Shown here: positions 1 to 13,150 of the stretch, one piece after another
How positions within the stretch are numbered: position 1 is the stretch's first letter
Layout of the letters: each line of letters opens with the position of its first letter
NCBI RefSeq assembly: GCF_009914755.1
Contig: NC_060925.1
Origin: the human T2T-CHM13v2.0 reference genome, Homo sapiens
DNA length: 64,000 nt
Direction: 5' to 3' (one strand)
Position numbers and translations under genes: made by a program
Notes under the pieces: model-generated
Told to the model about the DNA's origin: nothing
Seen by the model: only the letters and a program-made list of their open reading frames with translations
The model's database searches: none

Positions 1-12
1 TGCTGTTTTTAA

Positions 13-301
13 GCCAGGTGTGGTGGCTCACACCTGTAATCACAGCACTTTGGGACGCCGAGGCGGGAGGATCCCTTGAACCTACGAATTCAAGAGCAGC
101 CTGTGCAACATTGGGAGACCGCATGTCTACAAATAAAAAGTTAGCCAAGCATGTTGGCACACACCTGTAGTTCCAGCTACTCAGGAGGCTGAGCTAGGAG
201 GATGACGTGAAATCAGGAGTTAGAGATTGCAGTGAGCTATGACTGCACCACTGCACTCTAGCCTTGGCAACAGAGTGAGACTCTGTCTCAAAAAAAAAAA
301 A
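13..301 (+). mobile_element. Alu SINE, AluJ-like, full-length dimer
   Basis: GCCAGGTGTGGTGGCTCACACCTGTAAT...GGGAGGATC... ending GACTCTGTCTC plus A-tail; CTGTTTTTAA on both flanks as a likely TSD. Confidence 0.93.
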
Positions 302-311
302 TACTGTTTTT

Positions 312-600
312 AAATTTTGAAATAATTACAGGTTCACATGCAGTTGCAGATATGGTACTGTGTTTACTTCACCCAGGTTCCCCCAATGCTTACACCTTAC
401 ATGCTTACAATATGAAAACCAGGGATTTGACATTAAAACAATGTATGTATAGCTCCATGGCATCTTATCACATGTAAATTTTTGTAATCATCATAGTCAA
501 GATACAGAATTATTCTGTTACCTACAAGATCTCTGTTGTTCAAGCCCTGTACAGTCCACTTCCACCCTCTCATCTCCACCAAAAGAAGTTTCATGTAACA
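312..600 (-). mobile_element. Old L1M (L1MC/L1ME-like) 3' fragment
   Basis: TACAGGTTCACA..GTTGCA...TTCACCCAGGTTCCCCCAATG...AAAACCAGGGATTTGACATT resembles the reverse complement of ancient L1M 3' UTRs. Confidence 0.55.
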
Positions 601-1729
601 ATATGTACTCTTGTACATATGTATCTATATAAGATATGTATCTATATAAGATAGTTCCATTTATTTTCTATTTAAATCTGGTCTAGTCTATTTCATTCCT
701 GTAAAATGCTGTCTCTACCCTTTGAATCGATGTCATGGCCTATTAGTGGATCCTGATCCTTAATTTTAAAGACAATGCAGTAAATCAATCTCAGGTTTTT
801 GTTGGTGCGGGGACCTGACTTATGGTGAATGTGAATAACATCACAGTTGTTCATTTTTGGTGATCTCATGTTTGGTCCCACTCTTCCACAGCTTTCTCTA
901 GGGTCCCTCCTTCGCTTTCCAGATTTTAAACTCTCCTCAGATTACTTAACAGTCTCCAGATCCTAATTTTTTATTCCAACAAAAAGAAAATCAATTTGCA
1001 AAATATAATACCAATTTATTAATTCACTGAGATTTTTAATGAACCAATAGGGTTGTTTCAATCACCTCCTACTAAGATTTAAGAAAATGAAAATATGACT
1101 ACAGGGTTGCATGGTAAACACAGAAACCAAAAAACACGTAGTGATGGTCTATAGTGGCTTAGTCGCCTTTCTCCTGTACAACTGAATAATCTACTTTTGT
1201 CCTCAAAGATCAATTCCTGCCCTCCCAGTATTGAAGAGCACTAACAAAATTGGTACTCTTCAGCCCTCCTTTTCTTGAAACCCAGACGGGGGGTAGGAAG
1301 ATGGGGTGGTGTTAATTTAATCCTAACACCTGAAATTACTTCCCGGGCTTGCCGTAATTTTCTCAAATACAATTATGTGACGGTATCAAGATCACTTTCA
1401 TCCATCAGAAAGGAGATAATAGTTTTAGGTTGGATTTTGTAAATATTCAGCAACATGAACACAACACCTTTTCTTATTCAGTGTGCGATTTTACTTTTGG
1501 CCCTTATTCTAGGGTGGGCCAAAGAACCAAGCAAAGAAGGCTCCGCTTCCACCTTTATTCCTATCACATACTACCTGGAAACACTCAGCCTTTTCTGGAT
1601 AGGCCCAAGGTGGTTATTCACAAACCTCGGGTCTTTTGATCACTTTCTGGGATCTTAACAGTTGTGGAGATTATACTGAATGATCCCAAGTCCAGTCTGA
1701 CATAACAAAAAATGTCCACCTTTCAGCTG

Positions 1730-2580
<851 letters not shown>

Positions 2581-5138
2581 TACCACTCTTTTGTGGTGTA
2601 TGTGTGTGTGTGTTGCGGAAGGGGGTGTTAAGGAATTGATGGAGAAGGTGGAGGGACTGAGAAGTCACAACAAAAATGTGTTGTGTGTTTTTCTGCATTG
2701 TCAGTTGAACACTTAGCAATCCAGTGATTCTTAGAGTGAGAAAAAAAGACATTGACACATTTATTTTAATTTTTCCATTGCCTTCTTGTCCTTTCTCTTA
2801 ACTCTTAACGGAGCAGAGGGAACTACAATCTGGCATTTGTAGACACTCAGCTGTTTTCTCCTGTTTTGCGGATTTGACAATTGTCTGTTAGTACCAGTAT
2901 CTAAACTTCTCTCCCTTTACGCCTTCTAACACAGTCTGCGTGAGTTTAAAGGCAGCATGGTTACCTTTACAAAAGAAACAGTGAGAAAAAAAGAGAAACT
3001 GACTATAATAAAGATAGAAAAGCAGTATGAAATGAACCCATTTAATAAGCTATGTGTGTGTGCCTCCAGTACTTGATGGGACTAATATTATATGGTATGA
3101 CTTGAGCCAAAGGGGTAGAGAAGAAAATCCCGGAGGTTGCCTAAAATTGACTTATTTAAATAATGACAGTTAGTAGGCCCTGAGAATCCACTGTCGGTCT
3201 GACCCATTCAAGTGCTGAAACTGAATAAAGACTCATTAGGAAGTGACTGGCAGCTTTTGATTGTTCTTGTTTATGCTCTCCTTTTAAAAATAATGTATAT
3301 AATTTGTTCTCATACTTCGCAATATAGATATGGTGGATATTAAAGAAAAGTGTCATTCTCCTTAGAGCAAACACCAGTATCATGTGAAGAAATTTTCAAT
3401 CAGTCTAGGGAAGGAAAGGAACTTTTTCTCACTCGGGAAATTCACATTTGTTTCATCAGTGTCAGTATCACAGGTTAAATGACTATCCAGGTGACCATAA
3501 GTAAGCCCAGTAAATAACAAGCTGCTTGTTTTTCTTTTTCGACAAATCTGAGCCCCCTCACTATGGTCCTTCTTCCAGCCTCAAAGCAGATAGCTCTCTT
3601 ACCTTTCTCCGGGTACCGATGCGCATCACTGAGCATCTTGCTCTCCAGTCAAACTGTCAGCACCCTTGCTTCATCTTTGTCTGTGGCCACCATTACGTGA
3701 GGCTCATTTACTGAGGACAAATTAAGTTTGTGTGGGCAGCCAGCAAGCTCAGAGGTGCTCAATCAACATGGAAAGCTGTAGAGCAGGGGCATGCGCAGGA
3801 GCAATCTGTTAGGCTTCCAGGTTGCCAGATAATTGCCCTCAGAAGACTCCCAGAAGCTATGAAAAGTAAAAAGAAGCCTGCTACAGAGTTCCTAGTGTTT
3901 TTTTGTTTTTCTTCCAAGTCTCCAAACACGAGCTTCGTAAATAAATAAAGAAGTGAGGCCCTGACAATCGGTCATTCTAAGGTAGTGCTGAGTGCTCCTG
4001 ATTTCATGTAATCTGCTTCTGTGGTCTCCCTGGACTTGGGAAGTCTCTCTCAGACCAGCCTTGGGACTTGCTCGGATTTCTGCTGCCCTGTCCTGCTCTA
4101 GCTTTGCTGGGATGCCTTAGAGTGAGGCTAGATTTCAACTGTACCCGTCCTTTTGCTACACACTTTTCTCATGAAACATATTGGGTTAAAACCTCAACCA
4201 GAATAAAATATTCTGCCATTAAATGAGACACTGAAGAAGTTGTTGGTGGTTCATACAAAAATGTGTTTGTCAGAAGACATGCAAGTTTCATGTGTATTTT
4301 AATGAAAAAAAACTCTGTACAAGATTGATGCACTGAGTTACTGCGTGGTAAAAAGGTTATACAAAAAGTCCATGGGAGTTCCTCTACAAAAACCCAAGGC
4401 TAAGTAATATCACCCCAAAGACCCAAATCCACAGAAAAGATTATGTTATTTACTTTTCCCTTCCCACAAAGTACTTGAGACACCGTTTTAAGTCATGTTT
4501 GAATGTAGATAGAATATACTTCCTTGACATTTGAAATAGTACAATAAAAGTTTCTTTTGATCAAACTTGTGAAAGCTGTGAGTGTTAATATGTTAAAACA
4601 ATACTTTTTTCACTTAAAAATACAACTAATAACACACCAGCAAAAAAAAAAATAGTATAAAATGTGCAATGAAGTAACACATGAAGGTAAAGAAAGTGTT
4701 CAATAATAGCAAAGGTAATACTTTTCTATAAGGACCGTTGGTTTTGATTAGCGCCTTTTCTGTAAGTTTAAATCATTATCCACATATTTTAAGTACTGAA
4801 ATTCCAACTGCAACTTCTGAGTGAAAGTTCATTTTCAGCCTCTTAAGCTCTTAAAATCATTTAAATCACCTGTTATTAAGCTTGTTACCTAGAAACCAAA
4901 TGAAAAATATCAGAGCAGTGGCTACATAGTTATTAGGTACAGAGGAGTTCTTGTTTTTCCATCAACTTCTCATTTTTCTCAAACTGTATATTTTCTCCTT
5001 ATGTCACATAAAGTTGGATTGTGTATAATGCTGGAGTGCATTTGGTCTTTAATTGCAAGTGCCACTAAAACTGCTGGGAAGAAGTTTAATATTGTTTAAA
5101 ATTTTTCTGCAGTATTTTATGTGTAGACATTATGGTGA

Positions 5139-5348
<210 letters not shown>

Positions 5349-6524
5349 TAAATACCTATTATTTGAACAACAAGTCAAATAAAAAACCAAATAGACCTGG
5401 AGTGAACTTTTCACAAGCTACTTTAGCCAACGACAATGAAGTCCTTAGTACCAACATAGGACTTTTAAAGTTAATGGAATTTTGTAAAGTTTCACTGTGA
5501 GCATCAGTTCCTTGAAATGCTGTGATTTGAAATTCATGGGAGCTCTTTATTACAAGGAAACTTTTCATGGGGTTTCAAATAAGTTGTTTTCATTAGGCAA
5601 GTACAAAGAGGGCAGGAAAAGAAATCTAGAATGTTGCAGATGAGATCCCTCTTCTTTATTAGTTGAATAAATAGAAACTCGCCCAGCATTGAGAGGTAGG
5701 TTTCCTTCAGATAATGATTTTTTCTTTTCTTCTTTCCTTCCTTCCCTCCCTCCCTTTTTTCCTGTCTTCTTTCCATCTCTCTCTCTCTCATTCTGTTCCC
5801 CACCCCCCGCCACCACCTTCCTCTCTCTGGTCCTTTCTGTGGCTCTTTTCCAGTCTGTGTTTGAAATAACTGTGAAACTAGATTATACTGCATGTAGTGC
5901 CTGTACATTTCCTAAAATGTTTATTTCAATAGATACCTCTCTATGTTCACTAATTAAGATAAACAAACCTCTCCTTCCTTATTATAAGCAAAAAATAAAT
6001 GGGAATGAATCCTTCACTATTACTTTTTAAAGGCATAGTAGTGAGGTAAATTGTTATAGGGTCAAGATTATAAACAGTAACAACCTCTGTTTACAGAACA
6101 CTTTGTATGTTTTGGTGCAAGAAGGTGTAATTTCCTTTAACTAGCCACTCTATAATTAAAGAATAGACACTAAATGCATGTATTAACTGTAGCCAGGATT
6201 AAAAATTAAACCTTCCGTTTTATGTATGTTCCTGTGCCCTTAGCTGTTTCTAATCAAATGCATAAGAGCTTTTTGTAAATTGAGGATTTGAGGATTTTCT
6301 AAAAGTGGATTTTTTGACAGTAAAATTCTTAAATTTGGAAGGATGAATTTAGGAAATGGTTCTTGGACCCTAATTAGGATCATTTGCCTGAGGTTGCCAA
6401 TATTTTTCTCTTAGTCTGCAGGACCTGATAGTTCAAATGATCTATATAAAATTGTTAACAGTCTCTTTTTGTCACCATGAGAAGTGTGCTTTTTCAAGAT
6501 GATTGTTAAATAATTTAATAATAA

Positions 6525-6617
<93 letters not shown>

Positions 6618-6663
6618 CAAGAATTTCATCTCTGTTCCCTAACTGTGCTTGTATTTTTTAAAA

Positions 6664-6751
6664 AATAAAGCCCCAATTCAGAATTGCTGGATTATTAGTA
6701 CTTGAACACTAGTTTAATCCTAAATACATATATTAAAAGAACATCAATAAA
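6664..6751 (+). terminator. C1orf53 polyadenylation signals
   Basis: AATAAA at 6664-6669 and 6746-6751, followed by GT/T-rich sequence (TGTTTGTGTGTTT at about 6769). Confidence 0.7.
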
Positions 6752-9700
6752 ATGAAAAAGCTAACAAATGTTTGTGTGTTTCTGAAATGGCACATTGATA
6801 GTTATTTTCCTTTCTTTTTGCCTCATTATCAGACACATATGTTGAAGAAAAATAATGGCTGTTCCATTAAATAAATAGTAGCAATCGGGTCACATTAGTA
6901 GCTCTTGGTTTTTCTTAGCCTCCGTTCTCCTACTGTTTTCTCATCAGTGTTAGCAATCCCAGGGAGGTTGCTGGCAAATAGAAGAGTTTTGATATATTCT
7001 TCATTTTATTTATATCTTGAGCTATACGGAGATTATAATATATCGTGCAGCATGTGAGTGCCCAAGAAGTGCCATCCTGCATCAAGAAATGCTCTCATCT
7101 TCCATCTGTTCTTTCAATAAAAACTTTAAATCATTTTGACTTGAGGGTCAGGCAGCTGAAGATGTGTCACTTAGACCATCCTTTCTTTTCTCCCCCACCC
7201 TTTCCTCCTGTATTTCTTTTGGCACTTCCTAGGCAAATCTATCTTTGAACATTTTATTAGCTGTACACTTTTTCATTCACCACGGTGATGCCCCTGGGCA
7301 TCAGTCTCCAGCCTGAGTCAGGAGCTTACAGGAGCTTCTTTCCACACCTTGTCTGCTTCTTATGAGGACAGCAGTCCCCAGGAAACCCTTTGCTAACCAG
7401 TTGCAGCTACTCAGAAAAATGTGGGTGCTTCCCACTTGGAAGACTGGCTTTGCCCAGAGCTGACTCCCAGCCTTCCCTCAGTGGAATCTGAAAGGTTCTC
7501 AGACATCTCGGGGGTCTGCCTCAGGTTCTGCCTGTGGCCCAAATAAGAGCTTTAGAAATCTTAAGCAAACAAAAGGTTTTGGTACTTTCTCCCACATTCA
7601 ATTCAAAATAAAAGCCATTCTTAACCGTGAAATGAGTGAGAAGAAGCCCAATAAAGTTCTAATTTTCCTCCTGATTATGTCTTTTATTTTTAAATGTCAA
7701 CTATTAAAATGTCTCCCCAAATTGTTGGCTTTTTTGTTGCCCTACTTTTGCTGGCGCTCTAACCATGGTGCCCAAGTAACACTGCCCATGAGCCCTGAGA
7801 GGTAACAGCAGGATGTAAAAGAGTAGTGTCTGTGGACTGGTACTGTCCTATCTGGAAATTGCTTTTAGAGGAGTAGGAGAAGGTGATCAGCATTGTGATA
7901 ATTGAAGCAGTTTTCCAGAAAAGCATAGGGATTCCTGGGAGCCAGTTTCCTTTCCATTTTTTGGTCAAGAAGCAACCAGCTATTTCCATGTTTTCTGCTC
8001 CATTCTGTGTGTGGGATAGATAGATAGTGTTTCTTTAACAGCCCCCTCCCCCCGCAAGAGAGAAGAGTCTAAAATGTCATCTTTCTGGAGAATGGTGGAA
8101 CGAAGAAAGGAAATTCATTTTGAAAAGGGGTCTGAAGTAAGACTGTTCTGAGAAAGCCCCTTAGCAGGTAGAAAGATGCCTCCTTCCTACCCGCAGCTCT
8201 TGCCTCTTCCCAGCGCACTTCCTGTAGTAGGAAACTGGCTGAAAAAGAAAGGATGTTTGTCACGGAGGACCCTGATGTGGGACGTTCGTAATTCTTACCC
8301 GCAATTCTTCCTGGCAGAACTTCAAGCCTTGAGGGCAAGAACAGCAAAGGAGCCGCTGGAGGGCTGCGGCGGGGACTAGGGAAGAGAGATGCTTATAGTC
8401 TTCCGTGCTCCTGGAGCCAGAAGGAGGGCTGAAGTTTGCTGTAGTTCTAGAGGAATGCATGCGAACTACACGTTAGAGGTGGCAGCGGGGGCGAGTGCTC
8501 CCACATTAAATAAAATATGGCCACATAAATGGGTCTCCCTGTAAGAGCTTTAAGCTATATTGTATTTGCACATTGTAAAGTAAAATTCAGGTTTCTTATT
8601 AGGTGTGTGTATACAAACACATGTGGATGCCAAGAAATAGAGACTTTAGAGTTTAAATCAACTCTGGTGCTGCTTCACTTTCAAGGTTTCTGGAGACTCC
8701 TTCTGCCCCAGGGTGCAATAAATCAAGGGAAAATGATTTTTAGATTGTTTCGTATGTGAAACGACCCAATGGAAACTGGGGAATCTTGTGAGGGTTGCCA
8801 GGGTGGGGTGTGAAGACAGATTCCTGCAGCGTTGATTGTCGTGGCAGGTGGATCATGATGCACACTCCTGTCTCTTCAAGCAGCAGCACTGCCCCCACTG
8901 TTTATTCAGAGCAGGGAAGAGAAGGGCTTTTATTTTTTTCAAGTAAAATTTAAGGTTTTCAAACAGGATGTGTTTGAAACAGACAGCGCCCTGAGAAGTG
9001 GAGGCGCTCTCTGGGCCTGGCGCAGGTCTTTGTTCCAGCGCAGCACCCCTTCTCCAAAGGCACTGGCAAAGTCTATTCCGCACACACAGTTACACTGTCA
9101 GAAATCTGCGGATCTTAGATTTGTCTCCAGACAAGGCTGGAGAAGAGAGCTCACTACCAGACAAATGGCAATTGGCATGTTGCCTTCCTATGAGCACTTT
9201 GAGATCCCACAGCCCCTGGCTAGTGCAAAAGGAACCTCGCCCTCCACTCCTTGCTGACACCTGCCATTTCATCTTTTCTAACATTCAAGCCATAGCTTGA
9301 GTTTGTGGACTGGATGTCTGTGGTGGAGAAGTGAAAAATCGGTGCTATTTTTTCATTATCATGCAAAAATTAAGACATAATCCTGGATACCAAAACTCCT
9401 CTCCCATCATTAAAAAAGTAAGATATTTAAGTCGGGGGTGGAGGGCAGAGAAAGTCTACATCCTTTTTGCGAGTCTCTGTGAAGAGCCTGATTTCTGAGA
9501 AAAAGGTTGGGGAAGAACACGCAGCTGTCTTTAGCCAGAGACTGAGCTATCCCTGGAATGTCCAGCGTACCCTGGACCTCTGGATGCTCTGATGTGTGCT
9601 GGGGTGCCCAGGGCACTGGGTTGACCTCTGTCCCCACAAACAGCTTCGAGGTTGGGCTCATGACACAAAACGCACAGATTCACGGCTTTCCTTCCTGACA

Positions 9701-9826
9701 CTGCAGGCATAAAAGACAGTGTTAACCAAAGAATCATGGACTCTAGAGGAATTGGAAGATCCTTAACGACCACATCCTCCTAGCAGAAATTTGTATTCTA
9801 AAGTGTGAGCTTTGGTGCGCGTTTCA

Positions 9827-9866
9827 GTGTGCGTGCGCCTGCGTGTGTGTGTGTGTGTGTGTGTAT
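9827..9866. repeat. (TG)n/(CG) microsatellite
   Basis: GTGTGCGTGCGCCTGCG followed by a (TG)n run. Confidence 0.85.
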
Positions 9867-10279
9867 AGAATGCATGTCGTTACCAAATACCTAGAACGGT
9901 ATTGGACCGCAAAGAGGTTAAACCCGGTTGCTTTCGACAGGAATGAGTTGAAAGCACCCAAGCGTTTTCGGGTGGGTATCGCCGTCCATCCATTCGATGG
10001 CCTCGCTGATGAGCATAGAAGATGAACCCGGGAGGACTGTCCCTTCCTGGCTGCGAAACCTGACCGATATAGGGGAGATTCTAGAAGAAAGAGCTAAGGA
10101 GGCCAGGGCGGAAAGAGGAAAGTCAGGTGTAGGGGAGATTAAAAGGTAAACTGGTGGGACTGACCGGGCTGGTGGGACTAGTTAGCGAAGCCAAGTGTTT
10201 GGGTAGAAACAGAGATCTTGTAGGAGGTGCTCCGAGCTACATTTCGGGATTTGGGATGAAAAGAGAAAGCCAGGGGGTT

Positions 10280-13150
10280 CGCCGCTCCTGGTTTGTTCCT
10301 TACCGACCCTAAACTGTATGGCGGAGCTTGTGGGTCAGGCGTGGAGGCGGCATCCACTCCCACGTGCCCCACATGCAGCAGCAATCCCACGCGGTTTTCG
10401 CAAGCGGCTGGGAGGCAAGCGGGCGTCCCCCCACCCCCCCCCCCCACTGCGCCCTGGACCCACGCCACGCACCGCCAAGGAGTAGCTATGGTGGCACGTG
10501 GAGGAGGGGCGGGTAGGCAGGGCGGCACCATCACCGGGACCAGCATCTTGGAACGGTCAATCTCACTGCTCATACTCTCCTCCCTACCGGCGCGGGAGCC
10601 TTGCTGTAATCCCCTGCCACCCCATCTCCGACTGTGAGGGGCGCACCGGGTGGGGGAATGGGTAAATAACTGGCCCAAGGCCCAGCTTCCAGGTCCTCCC
10701 TCCACTTTCCCGCGGCCTGACTGCGCCCCGGGCAACACAGCCCCTTGGGAACCTGCGACCAGGTAATGTGGCCTCCGCCCCGTCCCGGGTCTGGCTGCAT
10801 CCCCTCTAACCCCTGCCTGCCCGGGTCCAAGTGAGGGTTTTCTCCCGGAAGGTTAATCACCACCCCCATCCCCTAGCCGGGTCCCGGGAGGAAGAGATGC
10901 CCCGGCTCTCTCGTTGACCCGGCCTCGAACGCCGACCTCGAGCGCAGAATACTCCCGAGTGCTGGGTTCCTGATACCCAGCCCGGGAGCGAGGGGAGTGA
11001 AGGAGGGACCGGGACAGGAAGGCGGGGACGCGGTGAGTGAACAATCAATGGCTTAGCCTAGTTTCCCCGCAGGAGCTACCGCCCATTCACCGTCTATGCA
11101 AGCACCAGCTGGCGGCAGCATCTTTTAGGTACAAGCTGCAGGGAGGCAAAAGCTGGCTGGGGGGCCGGGAGCCCAGGGCACGCCGCGGGACTCCAGTCCC
11201 CCTGCTGCGCCCCAGCCTCAAGACGCTCTGGGCTTTATGAGGTTCAGTTACCGCCGAGTCCTCCATTAACACCTCCTCTGATTATTGAGAGGCTGGAAGG
11301 GCTGAACGCAACCTCAGAGCGTTTCTCTGGGCACCGGCCCGCGTCTGTGCCCTCTGCCCACCCCTTCCTCCTCCCCCTCCCGATTTGGAAGCATAAACAG
11401 AAAATAAAAGACAGGTGGAGAGAGCTAAGGGTCAGAGGTGAGGGAAACAGATCAACTCCAACGGGGTGGGGGAGAGAGAGAAGGGAGAAATTAATTTTCA
11501 TCCAATGCTTTATTTATTTATTTGGATTAACAGGGGGACCCTCAGCGAGACGCAGGGACTGGCCCGCACCTCTGGCCGCCGCCTCCCGCCGAGAACCGAG
11601 TTCTAGTTGGGGAAACGTCTGACATCTGGACATCAAGGTAAGACCCTGATGGAGATATTTTAGTCGGAGCAGTTTTCTGCCCTCGGAGTGCGCCCGGACG
11701 CCCGGGAGTTTCAGGGACTTCTTGGGAGCCTACCGGAGGAAGGCCCGGCTTTGCTCCAAGCCGCGTCCCTACCTGAGGTCTCCACGGGAGGAGCGGTTTG
11801 GACGCGCCCCACCGGATGGGAGGAGGTGCTTGGGGAAGCCGGGCCGTACCGCCGGTCTGACTCCCGGCTTTTCTCTGCCAGTGCAACCACCATTACGGCG
11901 TGATCCACTCCTTTTCCTCTAAGAATGCTGAACGGTACCACTCTAGAGGCAGGTGAGTTATGTGCCAGGTTCCTTCTGATGTTCTCTGCCCCTTGGGCCA
12001 GTGCGTATACCATGTGAGTGTGTGTGCGTGTGTGTGCGCCTTCGTTGGGTGGAACGAAGAGGAGTGTGTGTTTGTCTTAAAAATTAAACCGCGCTTCGTA
12101 GGCTCAAAAATACACATTCTCTTTCAGAGTCTCCTGATAGGACTCCTGAAACCCTCCTTTTGCCTTTCTCTTTGACTGTCTTTGACTTTCCTCAGGATCA
12201 GTGTCCGGGGCGCCAGGCAGAGGTCCTGGTTCCACTGATCCTCCAGTAGTCAGTGGCTCCAGGGACGCGCTCCTGACCCTCCGGGGAGCTGCTGGGGGTG
12301 CCTCTTTCTTGGAAGGGATGGAAGGGGGGCCGAGAAGACACTGTTTCTCACACGTGTAGGGGTTAACTGGAAACTGGCTTCACCCACATTTTTTTGTTGT
12401 TGTTCAGTCCTAACCCAGCGCAGCCGTTTCTGCGCCTGATCTCAGCGGACGCAGTGCGGGACTTCTCCCTTTATTTCTGCAGAGCTGAGGGCAGGCGGCG
12501 CAACAAATCTCAGGTAAAAGAGCATCAGATTTCAGAAGAGCTGTATTCTAGACTTGGCGCAGGCCCCTTTGGGGAGAAGAGCCCAGGGGCTATAGAGAAC
12601 AGAGGTTTGAAGGAAGCAAAAGCTGGCGAGAGGTTTTTTTTGTCGCGAAGGGTGAGGGTAGGCAGAGAACGCGCGAAAGGGCAGGGCCTTGGCCGGGAAG
12701 TACCGCCCAGCGAAAGGCTGGCAAGGGTGCGCAGCTGGAGCGTGGCCTCGGGTACCCCTTTCCAGGCAGCCGAACTCCCCGTATCCCAGCTCTGCTTGGC
12801 TGACTCCCATTTGTCTTGAGGGAGGATCCCCTAGTAGGACTGAATCAGAAGTGCGCCCGTGCAGCAGCCCCAGTATGGATCTGCCAACCTCAGTGTAGGG
12901 GGAAATTTTCCACATGGAGTATCTCAGTCTCCACTGTCTGGAGAAAGGCCTCAGCGTGTCCCGGCAATCCGCTCACCTTCCATCCAGCGCAGCCCGGGCA
13001 TCCAGGGCCAGGTGGCGCGGCACTGAACGCATGGTTCCCAGCCTCAGGCTGACGCTGACGTTTCACTGGGCCTTGGGTGCTCAGGACAGTGCCAGACGCT
13101 GGATACTGTTTTAAGAGCCGCGCCTTTCAAACCGAAGGGGCTCCTTAACC
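10280..13150. promoter_or_regulatory. CpG-island cluster at the upstream (distal) LHX9 promoter
   Basis: CpG-dense blocks at about 10280-11900 and 12200-13150 surrounding the MLNGTTLEA exon. Confidence 0.75.
11925..11952 (+). CDS. LHX9: LHX9 alternative first coding exon (MLNGTTLEA-), 388-aa isoform
   Basis: AGAATG CTG AAC GGT ACC ACT CTA GAG GCA G|GTGAGT (consensus donor). Phase 1 splices to acceptor CTTTCCGCCCCCCAG|CC at 17270/17271, giving MLNGTTLEAAMLFHG..., the known alternative LHX9 N-terminus. Confidence 0.88.

Noticed and set aside
617-653. 17-bp tandem duplications here and at 25607-25640
   Set aside because: Ordinary slippage duplications in AT-rich DNA with no further signal
8470-13020. 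Partial CTCF-like matches at about 8480, 11102 and 13005
   Set aside because: Two or more mismatches in the core within GC-rich DNA, where such matches are common
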